This document shows, piece after piece, positions 12,111 to 23,937 of a DNA stretch of 64,000 bases. The first letter of the stretch is position 1; each line of letters opens with the position of its first letter. The translations under genes were made by a program, and so were the position numbers. The stretch comes from Squalus acanthias (Eukaryota), in the NCBI GenBank assembly GCA_030390025.1, contig CM059438.1, positions 71,178,001 to 71,242,000 on the forward strand. Reading direction: 5' to 3'. A model generated the notes under the pieces. That model saw nothing but the letters and a program-made list of their open reading frames with translations. It was not told the origin of the DNA and did no database searches.

Positions 12111-13409
12111 TGGTAAAGCATATTTGTAATAAACGTTACCATGGCAACAATGGCACTTTTAAAAAATAAATTGTTATCTTTTTATAAATATTAAACTTTT
12201 CAGCTCCTACACAAGGAATCTAAATAGGCATACAATGGGGAAGTTAAAAACATCTTAACGTAAACAGTGAATGTTTTACAATAATAGACACACACATTAA
12301 AACCTCACATTCAGCTTTTGTCCCTATCATAAAAAGTTCTATTAGCACTGCGGTCTTATGCCACCCCTTAAACCTAACATTGTACGTGACCTATATTAAA
12401 GAAATAAAAATAAACAAACTGATAGGGTTGATTTTGTGAACTCCAATTGTGATATCATTTTTACGATTAAAATTCATTCAGCGATGTTTTGGAATCTGTG
12501 AGAGATAATTTAGAGTCCAGAGAGAGAATAGTTGAGTAGCAAAGTAATGCAACAAGTTCATGTGATAACGAGCGTTATTTATTTCAGAGTGTAAGATTTT
12601 GGAAATGCACTAGAAAAAAGGAAAATTCACACCAAAAAAGACTGAAATCAATATATATGTCAAAACAATCATACCTCTTGTAGATAGAGAGGAAGCAAAA
12701 TACAGCAGCTGTTGGACGACAATGTTGTATTGGTGCCAATCAGTTTTTGCAATGGGATTTTTGATGTAATGATGCAAGATAACTGCAGTCTGCTGTGGCA
12801 AACTGATGAACATTCAATATTTTTCCAGTAGTGAGAGACTTCCTGAAGGAGATGGTCTCACACCGCTTTGGCTTTTCTTCGTTTGCAGTTTGAGTTGGAA
12901 CCAGTGCAAAGCCAAATTTTGAAACTTCAATGTTAAAGGCAGTTGTTCAACTGACAGCCTGAATTATTTTCAAGTTTGTAAAGATATAAAACAGCTGACT
13001 AGATAAGTGCACATGTGGAGCTCTGCTCTCCCTGACTGAAGAGACGATTTGAAAAGCTACACCCATATCACTGGTGTCATCAATATAACTGCCCAGTCTG
13101 ATGTAAATGTGGTGAGTCACAGACATCTCCTTCACCTTGTCTCTCAGTTGAATCTCACAATTATCCGCTCCAGTTCATCTTTTGTCACAGAGCTATTTCA
13201 TCACCATTTTAATATTAGACTAACACACAAAAATGTCTCAAATGCTCATGAGAAAAATGTCATGTTTTTCCAATTCTAAATATCACTCAACTAAATCCCA
13301 ACAGAGTTTAATGTGACTTATTTTGGAGAATTTTTCACTCAGTTCAAGGAGAGTTTACAGGACATAAATTTTTCACTTTTTTTTCCAAACAATGTTATTC
13401 TGTTTTCAC

Positions 13410-13840
13410 AAAGATAAATACAGATGAAGGAAGCCAATTGACCCATCTAATTCATCCTTCTTTAGACACTCATGGTCCCTACCCACCATCAATTGCCTCT
13501 TGACTAATTCCAGACTGTTCTCCTCTGCTACCCTACCCAGAAAGCCATTGCAGGTATTAATCATTCTGTCTGTGAAGAAAACATGGCTCCTCAATTCAGA
13601 CCTGAACTTACCATTTACTTCTTTATACCTGTGTTCCTTTGTCCTACAGTTGTACTTTAACTTGAAGCAGTACACCACATTAACTGTTTTCTTTTCCACT
13701 TTGTATGTTATATGAGGTCCCCTCTCACTTGCCTCCTTTCAAGGTTGAAGTGTCTAACTTTTCCTAACCTTTCCTCATAACTCAGTCACTGACACTAGGG
13801 ATCAGCTTCATGGCCCTTCTCTGCACTATTTCATGGCCTG
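13410..13840 (-). mobile_element. Old CR1 3' fragment
   Basis: Degenerate CR1 C-terminal peptides (VQRRAMKLIP; FRSELRSHVFFTDRMINTCN). Confidence 0.65.
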
Positions 13841-13874
13841 GTTGTTTTCTCTGTCTAATTAGGAAATGTTGGAT

Positions 13875-14794
13875 CTCATCATTTGCAGATGACACAAAGC
13901 TGGGTGGGCGTGTGTGCTGCGAGGAGGATGCCGAGAAACTCCAGTATGATTTGGACAGGTCGGGTGATTGGGCAGAAGCATGGCAGATGCAGTATAATGC
14001 GAGGTTATCCACTTTGGTGGCAAAAACAGAAGGCAGATTATTATCTGAACGGCAATAGATTGGGAGAAGGGGAAGTGCAACGAGACCTGGGTGTCCTTGT
14101 GCATCATCGCTGACGGTAAGCATGCAGGTACAGCAGGCGGTTAAGAAGGCAAATGGTATGTTGGCCTTCGTAGCGAGAGGGTTTGAGTACAGGAGCAAGG
14201 ATGTCTTGCTGCAGCTGTACAGGGCCTTGGTGAGACCACACCTTGAGTATTGTGTGCAGTTTTGGTCGCTTTATCTGAGGAAGGATGTTCTTGCCATGGA
14301 GGGTGTGCAGCGAAGATTCACCAGACTGATACGTGGGATGGCAGGAATGACGTACGAGGAGAGATTGGGTCGATTGGGCTTATACTCGCTGGAGTTTAGA
14401 AGAATGAGAGGAGATCTCATTGAAACTTATAAAATTCTAACAGGACTAGACAGACTGGATGCAGGAAGGATGTTCCCGATGGCGGGTGAGTCCAGAACAA
14501 GAGTCTAAAGATAAGGGGTAAGCCATTTAGGACAGAGATGAGGAGGAATTTCTTCACCCAGAGAGTGGTGAACCTATGGAATTCTCTACCACAGAAGGCA
14601 GTTGAGGCCAAGTCAGTAAATATATTCAAGAAGGAGTTAGATATATTTCTTCAGGCTAAAGGTATCAAGGGATATGGGGAGAAGGCAGGGACAGGGTACT
14701 GAGTTTGGATGATCAGCCATGATCTCATCAAATGGCGGAGCAGGCTCGAGGGGCCGAATGGCCTACTCCTGCTCCTATCTTCTATGTTTCTATG
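13875..14794 (+). mobile_element. 5'-truncated CR1 LINE (RT C-terminus and 3'UTR)
   Basis: FADDTKLGG, LYRALVRPHLEYCVQFW, VQRRFTRLI. Tail TTCTATGTTTCTATG. Confidence 0.92.
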
Positions 14795-15214
14795 CTCTTG
14801 TGAAGGCAAGGCTGATGTTATCTATCTCACCACTGGTCTAATATATTTATAAAGGAGTGGTACAGGTATTGAATGGTGCACTGGATTAGACACCTGTAGG
14901 GCCCACGTTCAAATTGTGGGTTGATAGGATGAACATCTTCTTGGTCTGTTAGCTGTAAGGTTCTTGTGTGATATAAGTGGGTATGGGCCTGTAGCAAAAA
15001 ACTATCCCTAATTTGGCACCAATTGGCAATCTTACCCAGAGAGGCTACAGATGGCTGGTGTGGGAAATGGAAAATATCACACTGATGGAGCAGTGTATCA
15101 CTGTTCATTAATGGGAGTTAAAAAAATGTATCTATACGTTTTTCCTTGTCTCCTAAGTAGCCTCCTTCAGCTGTGAGCCAAGGCAATGAGTGTTGTTAAT
15201 CCTAATGTTGTTAG

Positions 15215-18200
15215 ACTGATCACCGCACAGTCCTTGTGGAGAAGAAATCCCATCTTCACACTGAGGACACCTTCCATCATGTTGTGTGGCACTACCACCT
15301 TACTAATTGGGATAGATTCAGAACAGATCCAGCAACTCAAAACTGGGCATCCATGAGGCGCTGTGGGCCAACAGCAGCAGCAGAACTGTTTTACACCACA
15401 ATCTGTAACCTCATGGCCTGGCATATCCCTCACTCTACCATTACCATCAAGCCAAAGGACCAACCCTGTTTCAATGAGGAATGTAGAAGAGCATGCCAGG
15501 GGCAGCACCAGGCATACCTAAAAATGAGGTGCAAACCTGGTGAAGCTACAACACAGGACAACATGCATGCTAAATAGCGGAAGCAGCATGCTATAGACAG
15601 AGCTAAGCGATCTCACAATCAACGGATCAGATCAAAGCTCCGCAGTACTGCCACATCGAATCGTGAATGGTGGTGGACAAATAAACAACTAACGAGAGGA
15701 GGGGGCTCCATGAACATCCCTATCCTCAATGATGACGGCGCCCAGCACGCGAGTGCAAAAGACAAGGCTGAAGCATTTGCAACCATCTTCAGCCAGAAGT
15801 GCCAAGTGGATGATCCATCTCAGCCTCCTCCTGAGGTACCCACCATCACAGAAGCCAGTCTTCAGCCAATTCAATTCACTCCACGTGATATCAAGAAACG
15901 ACTGAGCGCAGATGATACAGCAAAGGCCATGGGCCTCGACAACATCCCGGCTGTCGTGCTGAAGACTTGTGCTCCAGAACTAGCCGTGCCTCTAGCCAAG
16001 CTGTTCCAGCACAGCTACAACACTGGCATCTACCCGACAAAAGTGGAAAATTGCCCAGGTATGTCTTGTCCACAAAAAGCAGGACAAATCCAATCCAGCC
16101 AATTACTGCCCCATCAGTCTACTCTCAATCATCAACAAAGTGATGGAAGGTGTCTCCAACAGTGTGATCAAGCGCCACTTGCTCACCAATAACCTGCTCA
16201 CTGATGTACAGTTTGGGTTCCGCCAGGACCATTCAGCTCCAGATCTCATTCCAGCCTTGGTCCAAACATGGACAAAAGAGCTGAATTCCAGAGGTGAGGT
16301 GAGAGTGACTGCCCTTGACATCAAGGCAGCATTTAACCAAGTGTAGCATCAAGGAGCCCTGGTAAAACTGAATTTAATGGAAATCGGGGAAAACTCTCCA
16401 CTGACTGGAGTCATACCTAGCACAAAGGAAAATAAGAACATAAGACGTAGAAGCAGGAGTAGGTCAATTGGCCCCTCGAGCCTGCTCCGCCATTCAATAA
16501 GATCATGGCTGATCTGATCTTGGCCTGAACTCCAGTTCCCTGCCCGCTCCCCATAACACTTGACTCCCTTGCCATTCAAAAATCTATCTCCACCTTAAAT
16601 ACATTCAATGACCCAGTCTTCACAGCTCTCTGGGGAAGTGAATTCCAAAGATTCACGACCCTCTGAGAGAAGAAGTTCCTCCTCATTTCCATTTTAAATG
16701 GGTGTCCCCTTATTCTGAAATGATGCCCCCTAGTTCTAGATTCCCCCATGAGGGGAAACATCCTCTCTGCATCTACCCTGTCAAGCTCCTTCAGAATCTT
16801 ATATGTTTCAATAAGATTCCCCTCTCATTCTTCTAAACTCCAATGAGTATAGACCTAACCTGCTCAACCTTTCTTCATAAGATAACCCCTTCATCTCCGG
16901 AATCAACCTCATGAACCTTCTCTGAACTGCCTCCAATGCAAGTATATCCTTCCTTAAATAAGGAGACCAAAACTGTACGCAGTACTCCAGGTGTGGTCTC
17001 ACCAATGCCCTGTACAGTTGTAACAGGACTTCCCTACTTTTATACTCCATTTCCTTTGCAATAAAGGCCAACATTCCATTTGCCTTCCTAATTACTTGCT
17101 GTACCTACATGCTAACTTTTTGTGATTCATGTACAAGGACCCCCAGATCCCTCTGTACCTCAGCATTTTGTAATCTCTCCCCATTTAAATAATAATTTGC
17201 TTTTTTATTTTTCCTACCAAAGTGGATAACCTCACATTTTCCCACATTATACTCCATCTGCCAGATTTTTGCCCACTCACTTAGCCTATCTATATCCCTT
17301 TGGAGATTCTTTGCATCCTCCACACAATTTGCTTTCCCACCTATCTTTGTATCATCAGCAAATTTGGCTACATTACCGGTCCCTTCATCCAAGTCATTGA
17401 TATATAAAATGGTTGCGGTTGTTAGAGACCAATCAACTCAGCCCCAGGACATCGCTGCAGGAGTTCCTCAGGGCAGTGTCCTAGGCTCAAACATCTTCAG
17501 CTGCTTCATCAATGACCTTCCCTTTATCATAAGGTCAGAAATGGGGATGTTCATTGATGATTGCACAGTGTTCAGTTCCACAGCCAACTCCTCAGATAAT
17601 GAAACAGTTTGTACCACATGCTGCAAGACCTGGACAACATTCAGACTTGGGCTTATAAGTGGCAAGTAACACTTGCCACAAGTGCCAGGCAATGACCATC
17701 TCCAACAAGAAAAAGTCTAACCACCTCCCCTTGACATTCAATGGCATTACCATCGTCAAATCTCCCACCATCTACATCCTGGGGGGTCACCATTGACCAG
17801 AACCACAACTGGACCAGCCACATAAATACTGTGGCTACAAGAGCAGGTCCGAGGCTGGGTATTCTGCGGCGAGTGTCTCACCTCCAGACTCCCCAAAGCC
17901 TTTCCACCATCTACAAGGCACAAGTCAGGAGTGTGATGGAATACTTTCCACTTGCCTGGATGAGTTCAGCTCGAACAATACTCAAGAAGCTTGACACCAT
18001 CCAGGATGAAGCACCCCATTCACCACCTTAAACATTCACTCCCTCCACCACCAGCGCACCGTGTCTGCAGTGCGTACCATCTATAAGATGCACTGCAGCA
18101 ACTTGCCAAGGCTTCTTCGACAACACCTCCCTAACCCACAACCTCTGCCACCTAGAAGGACAAGGGCAGTAGGCGTATAGGGTCACCATCACCTCCAAAT

Positions 18201-18432
18201 TCCCCTTCAAGTCACACACCATCCTGACTTGGAAATATGTTGCTGTTCCTTCATCATTGGTGGGTCAAAATCCTGGAACTCCCTCCCTAACAGCACTGTG
18301 GGAGTATCTTCACTTGACGGACTGCAGCTGTTCAAGAAGGCAGCTCACCACCACCTTCTCAAGGGCAATTAGGGATGGGCAATAAATGCTGGCCTTCCCA
18401 GTGACGCCCACATCCCGTGAATGAATAAAAAC
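15215..18432 (+). mobile_element. CR1/L2-group LINE, family B, 5'-truncated and frameshifted
   Basis: KAMGLDNIP, QFGFRQDHS, ALDIKAAF, GVPQGSVLG, FIDD. The 3' tail GGGATGGGCAATAAATGCTGG...ATGAATAAAA is shared with 54160-57862. Confidence 0.9.
16434..17405 (-). mobile_element. CR1 3' fragment nested in the family B LINE
   Basis: KFADDTKIGG and LVRPHLEYCVQFWSP on the minus strand. The host LINE resumes in register. A short AAAAT duplication lies at the junctions. Confidence 0.92.
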
Positions 18433-18644
18433 AATCGTTCATGGAGGCCATCTCAGCCTCGCCTGTCATCCACACATGTGAAGGACCAAAACGGGACTAA
18501 AATAAATGGCTGTGTACTTGTGCCAATATAGGATCGATTTCATACATGCATGAACACAAAATATGTTTTTTTGTTGTTTAAAGGCTACTGCCATCCAGAT
18601 TGTTCGGTTTTCAATTATCCAAATTAACAGATGGGTCAACCTGA

Positions 18645-18892
18645 AACATAGAAGATAGGAGCAGGAGTAGGCCATTCAGCCCCTCGAGCCTGCTCCGCCA
18701 TTCAATGAGATCATGGCTGATCATCCAAATTCAGTACCCTGTCCCTGCCTTCTCTCCATATCCCTCGATCCCTTTAGCTTTAAGAAATATATCTATCTCC
18801 TTCTTGAATATATTTAATGAATTGGCCTCTACTGCCTTCTGTGGTAGAGAATTCCACAGGTTCACCACTCTCTGGGTGAAGAAATTCCTCCT
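18645..18892 (-). mobile_element. CR1 3' end fragment
   Basis: Close reverse complement of 14540-14794. Confidence 0.88.
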
Positions 18893-19499
18893 GAAAAACT
18901 GGTTTGTCCAGCCCAAAACTGTAGACATGGTTAAGCTACACACCTTTGAAGCAAGTGAAGATCACTAGACACTGATAGAGAGCGCGAATATTAGCTCATC
19001 CAATATCTGCTTAATATAACGAGGGATTTCTTCTCTTAAACTTGGAGTGACATTTCTTAATTTCTCAGTCGCCCATATCATCTGCACTTTCAGTTAACGG
19101 GTCCCCAAGATTCACGCTACACGGAAATCATTCTGCTCCCATTAATCTTGCTGCAATACCTCACACCGGTTCTGTGAATCAGTTTAGTTCCTATTTGTTC
19201 TGGTTATTGTATTTCCATGCATCAAGTTAATGGTGGGAATGGGGAGAACTGGGATTAATGGGTTTAGATACATCCCCAATAACACAAAATGACACAGAAT
19301 TAAAAACAGAAACTGCTGGAAATACACAGTATGTCAGCCAGGTTGTGATGTTTGTATTGTGTGGTCTAGCATGTTCTGTTTTAATTCTGATTTGCAGGTC
19401 CCCCCCCCCCCCCTTTAATATAGAGGTTGGCTCACTGTGCAGCGTTCAGTGGGTAGAACATGCTGAGAGATTGACGCTAGACGAGAGTTTAAACGTTAA

Positions 19500-19787
19500 A
19501 AACAGAAAATGCTGAAAACACTCAGCAGGTCAAGCAGCATCTGTGGAGAGAGAAACAGAGTCAACGTTTCAGGTCGATGACCTTTCGTCAGAACTGGAAT
19601 ATGTTGGAGATGTAACAGGTTTTGAGCAAGTACAGGGGCAAGGAAAGGAGGGAGGGGAGGAAAGAACAGTGTTTAAACGTTAACTATTTCTTTCTCCACA
19701 GATGCTGCCTGACCTACTGAGTGTCTCCAGCATTTGCTGGTTTTTTTTTCTAAATCAGATTGCCAGCATCCGCAGTGTGTTGCTTGT
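19500..19787. mobile_element. Family 1 pLTR fragments: minus 19500-19670 and plus 19684-19787
   Basis: Match the PLE 3' end at 2720-2925. The minus copy is flanked by the 13-bp direct repeat GTTTAAACGTTAA (19487-19499, 19671-19683). Confidence 0.85.
19559..19595 (-). ncRNA. Minimal type I hammerhead ribozyme motif (PLE family 1), core intact
   Basis: Minus strand: AGUU-CUGACGA-A-AGGUC(AUC)GACCU-GAAA-CG-UU-GACU. Stem I AGUU/GACU, 5-bp stem II, palindromic AACGUU at stem III. Confidence 0.75.
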
Positions 19788-22700
19788 GTGCGAGCGTTTG
19801 AATTTCCCGCGTTGAGACAGATGAAACCAACCGGCGTCTTCTGAACGGGCAATTCATCGAGAATTCCTCCCCTCTGCCCAGCCGGTGTCACCGCCACCGA
19901 GCTCATTAATAAACCCCGAAAGGGTGTCGGAATATTGCTGTTATATATTTAAAAAAGAGGATCGTTTGCGTTGTCTGGGTGTTGCATTGATTTTAGTGTG
20001 CTGAGGTTTAACGGGGAGAATCTGACTGGCTCCCTCCCTGTCTGCTCCGGCTCTTCGCCCGCTGAGCGCCTTCAGTCTTATCTGCAGTCTGGCTCTGCTT
20101 GCGGTTGACAGGGGAAAGCCCATCGCAGCGTGTCGGGGGGCGGGGGGGGGGGGGGGGGGTGCTACCGGATCTATATTTATATAGTGAGCCGGTTTCCTCC
20201 GTTTCGGAGTCCGGGGCTCGAAAGGATTCGTTGGGTTTGCCCCGGTAGTTCGGCAGCCACTGCCTTCCAGATGTGGTCGGGTCTGCAGGAGGCAATGAGG
20301 GCGAGGGAGGTGGCAGAAGGTGCTGGCAAGAGTGAGGGTCCAACCTGCTTTATGTCTCGAGCGCCCTAATTGTAACTCTGCTGTCATGTCACCAAATGTA
20401 CTCTTTTTTTGTTGTTGCTCAACGTGTCATTTTTCATAAGATAGCAGGACTGCCCGGGCACGTCCTGTGTATTCACATGTGCCCAAAGGTTCAGCGCTAT
20501 TGTAGCTCTCTGGACCGAGCAGACGTCTCGTCCCCGGTGACTGGGGGCTGGAAAGACGAGCAGCGTTCGCCTGACGATCAGAGAGGGTTTATTTTCGCAG
20601 TGCAGGATTTCTTACAAGCCTTTCCCGACACCCCATCCACATTATTGAGTGTGTACTCAATCGTGTGTGGTTATTTTTGCAGTCGGTGCTATCATGTCCT
20701 GTGAAGTCGACGCATTTGACACTTGCGAGTGTTGGGTGTTTGAAAGAGCCCTTTCTTTTTGTCAGTTTTTTTCTCTCTCTCTCTCTCTCTCCACTCCCCC
20801 CCCCCCCCCCCCCCGATGGCTTGTGAATGTGAATCAGTGTTTGTGATGGTTACGCCTCGGTTACATCACGCCCACTTATAAAGCTTCCCCATTGAAAAGT
20901 GCCAGGGCTGCAGACACTAAACTGTTGCTTTCTAACTCACTTCAAGCCATTCAAAATCCAACATTTCCTCATTGCCAAGGTGTCAAAATTCCCCCAAGTG
21001 CTGCTGCAATTTTGAACGGTGAAGCCATCGAATTAGACCCAACATCTCCTAATCAGGTCCATTACACAGAGGAGTGTTGCACAATTTTACACTGCGACCC
21101 TGTTAGACCTCGCAGAAAGGGGCTGGGAGGCTACGCGCGATAACCAGTCCTTGTTTGTGTGAGAAGCTTCTTCTTGTCAACAGTAAAACAAGCCCCCCCC
21201 CCCCCCCCCTCCCTCGCTTTGAGCGGGTCCGTGTTTGTCAACAACTCCCGCACATCATATATAATCAGTCTGGCCTTTCCAGAGCTCAGGTCAAAAGCTT
21301 TCCAGCAGCCAGCCCTTCAAAATAAACAAATACATTACGGGAAGCGCGAAAACTGAATTGCTGCCGCCCCGGAGCTTTCCCAACACGCAAGATCCTGAGG
21401 ATCATCGCGTCTCCTTTATTTTGCGAAAGGAGTTGTATTCTGTTGTTAAAAGACTCCAAACGTTTAATCTTATTTACGAATAAAAGCGCAGTTTTAAACG
21501 AAATGCAACTGGGGCAGATGTTTGCCTGACAGACCCTTCAGATGGCAAAGAGTCAATTTCGGTTGTACAACAATAAATGCGTCTTGCTTCTCGCACGATC
21601 CCTGCACTGATGTGTATTCGACTTATCTCGCCACCCAATGCGAATCTAAATAGATCTAACGTAATGCCAGGACGGAACGTGTTAATCTGCTCCATCGTGG
21701 AAGGTACGAGACTCTTAATTGGAACATGACATCATTCTGGAAAGGGAGTAATATCATGTCGTATATTTTTCACACAAGCGTTTTAAAATGGAATGACTGG
21801 CGGCGGGTGGCTGGTTGGAGGGGGTTGGCGGGGAGGGTGCTGCAGACTGGCTTTAAGGTGGATTTTAACTATTCGCGCCAACTGCTACAACACACGCTTT
21901 GGAATGAACGACCGAAACATGAGAAAAATGCCACAGCTCTGCGTGTGAAAGGAGATTGGACCTGTGGAATGCAACTGTTTGTACGGCCTGAGCTGATCTC
22001 TCTGCCACACAACGGGGGCGGGAAGGGGGGGGGGGGGGCGGGAAGGAAACAGTACGTGAGGGATAGAAAGATGGAAAGAGAAAGAAACGGGGTGGGGGTG
22101 TGAGAGGAAAGAGCCACGGTACTCATTTTCATAGATAGCATCAGACTAACGCAGACGTAAACAATAATGTCACATTGGAAACAGGATTACACATGCGATG
22201 AGATAACATAACACAGATCATTTATCTACCTCCCAAATGATTCCGTGAATACGTCTGATTAACTAGTCAGACCTAAAATTATGCTACAAATGTCTTTTAA
22301 ACGCAAAACTAAAATTTCACAGATACGCCAAACTTTATCTATTCGCGCGATTTTTCGCAAAATAACGGGTTTTTTTTTTGCGGGGGGGGGGGGGAAGTAA
22401 AATATTCCACTGCAAGCCCATAGTAACCAGGAGCCAAAGACAGTAAATTGTAAAACAATGCGCTGCATCTCTACTCGAACTTCAGTAAATTGTCCTTAAA
22501 TGAATGCATGAGGTGTTAAAAGTAGAGACTTGGAGAGAGATAGAAAGAGATCCCCAATGCCATGCTTATTTGGAGCGAGGAGGACAAGCCCTCGCCGCGG
22601 CTATAGTGGAACGTTTGTTTTTCTTTCACGAGTTCAAGGGCAAAACGCTTCCCCCGGTGTGTGTGCGCGCCTGTGGGATGCCTTTGGCTGGGGATTACGC

Positions 22701-22838
22701 TCTCTGTTGGCTGGGATCGGGATCAAAAGCGCCGAACACTTTCACTGTTACCGCGGGCAGAACGACACGCCTCACTCAAATTTATATCTTAAACCATTCA
22801 TAGAATCAGGAGCCTTAAAGGGGCACCGTTACGTGCTG

Positions 22839-22862
22839 AGTGTGTGTGTGTGTGTGTGTGTG
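22839..22862. repeat. (GT)n microsatellite
   Basis: About 12 consecutive GT units. Confidence 0.9.
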
Positions 22863-22952
22863 AGGACGAGGAGGGGGTGGGCGAGAGAGAGAGTCACATC
22901 AAGCAATAGATGTATTTAAGAAAAAGCAAACAATTGTCTTTCATGGTTATGA

Positions 22953-23171
22953 GCCATGATGCGGAGATGCCGGTGTTGGACTGGGGTGGACAAAAGTGAG
23001 AGGTCGCACAACACCAGGTTATAGTCCAACAGTTTTATTTGAAATCACAAGCTTTCGGAGCGCTGCTCCTTCGTCAGGTTGACTTCACCTGACGAAGGAG
23101 CAGCGCTCGAAAGCTTGTGATTTCAAATAAAACTGTTGGACTATAACCTGGTGTTGTGCGACTTCTCACTT
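22953..23171. mobile_element. Palindromic PLE-type pLTR insertion (family 2) with two oppositely oriented hammerhead motifs
   Basis: Arms 22994-23079 and 23087-23171 are near-perfect reverse complements. Perfect 10-bp TSD ATGGTTATGA (22943-22952, 23172-23181). The same unit occurs singly at 59715-59843. Confidence 0.85.
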
Positions 23172-23534
23172 ATGGTTATGAACGACAGCAACTCTTTCAC
23201 AAGGGGGCTATCGTTACGGGAGCAATTTACAGGTTCATGATGATGGTGCTGGTTACATTTAGGGTGAAGAGTTGAACTCCGCTGTAAATGTATTTAAGTT
23301 AAGTGCAATGTTCAAATTGAAATTTAGTTATAAAGACACGCTTTGCTATTGATTAGTGAGTCAAATCTCTCTCTATATAACATGCAAGATTATTAAAATG
23401 ATTTAAAAAAGACAGACCAAAGTTCTGCACAAAATAAACCCTCGTGTTAGAACTATTTACATGTGCAGAGTCACTCTGGAATTTGTATTCAAATTGCAGT
23501 GCGGGACTTCTCTCGGTTGGTCGGTGACACTTAC

Positions 23535-23937
23535 CTACGATGACAGCTGGAGACCGCTGTCCCCCTTCAGGTCTGACCCTCACTTCCACAGTGAACCTCC
23601 GCCCGGGCAGCTCAGTGGCCGTCCGGAGGCGCAGTTGGTTCCCCTTGCCGGCGAAGTACAGCAATCTGCCCTGGCTGTGATGGTGCGGCGGCGGCGGAGA
23701 CGGCGGCAGCAGCCGGGGAGGATGGTCCGAGTGCGGACGGGGCAGTGCCCGCTTGCCACGGGGCAGCCTGGTGCCACACGATCCCGGGGAGTCCGCCCCG
23801 GGGCCAGCCCGGTGATCCAGGGCCAGGAGGAGGGCACGTTTGGAGCGCCGGAGCCGACCTGCCCGCTGCCCGTCACACTCCGACCCCATAGCCAGAGCTA
23901 AGACGCAGAGCGCCGGCAGCAAACTCCAAACTTGCAT
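23535..23937 (-). CDS. PAPPA: Pappalysin-1 (PAPP-A) first coding exon: signal peptide, propeptide, start of the LamG-like domain
   Basis: Translation MQVWSLLPALCVLALAMG...RLRRSKR...CGTRLPRGKR...LYFAGKGNQLRLRTATELPGRRFTVEVRVRPEGGQRSPAVIV(G) matches the human PAPP-A N-terminus as I recall it (MRLWSW..., CATR, LYFSGRGEQLRLRADLELPRDAFTLQVWLRAEGGQRSPAVITG). ATG at 23937 in context AAGATGC. The exon ends at G|GTAAGT (23535/23534, phase 1), splitting the same Gly codon as human exon 1. The short propeptide argues against PAPPA2. Confidence 0.93.

Larger units (their letters stand above)
1..23534 (-). other. PAPPA: PAPPA intron 1 (partial, more than 23.5 kb)
   Basis: Canonical GTAAGT donor at 23534-23529 on the minus strand. 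No ORF resembling the large exon 2 (LYDKCSY...RGWVVG...) appears in the six-frame track downstream. Confidence 0.8.

Noticed and set aside
19941..22919. Several 80-150 aa ORFs in the CpG-rich intron region
   Set aside because: Driven by poly-G/C runs and microsatellites (poly-Pro/Gly), with no recognisable protein similarity.
23353..23534. C-terminal part of the 214-aa ORF
   Set aside because: Read-through into intron 1 past the GTAAGT donor; similarity to PAPP-A stops at the donor.
23461..23901. 146-aa plus-strand ORF and 98-aa alternative-frame ORF overlapping PAPPA exon 1
   Set aside because: Expected stop-poor shadow frames of a GC-rich exon, with no recognisable domain.
23535..23937. 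PAPPA2 instead of PAPPA
   Set aside because: FTVE..V.PEGGQ is PAPPA2-like, but the short propeptide, the CxTR motif and QRSPAVI fit PAPPA better.
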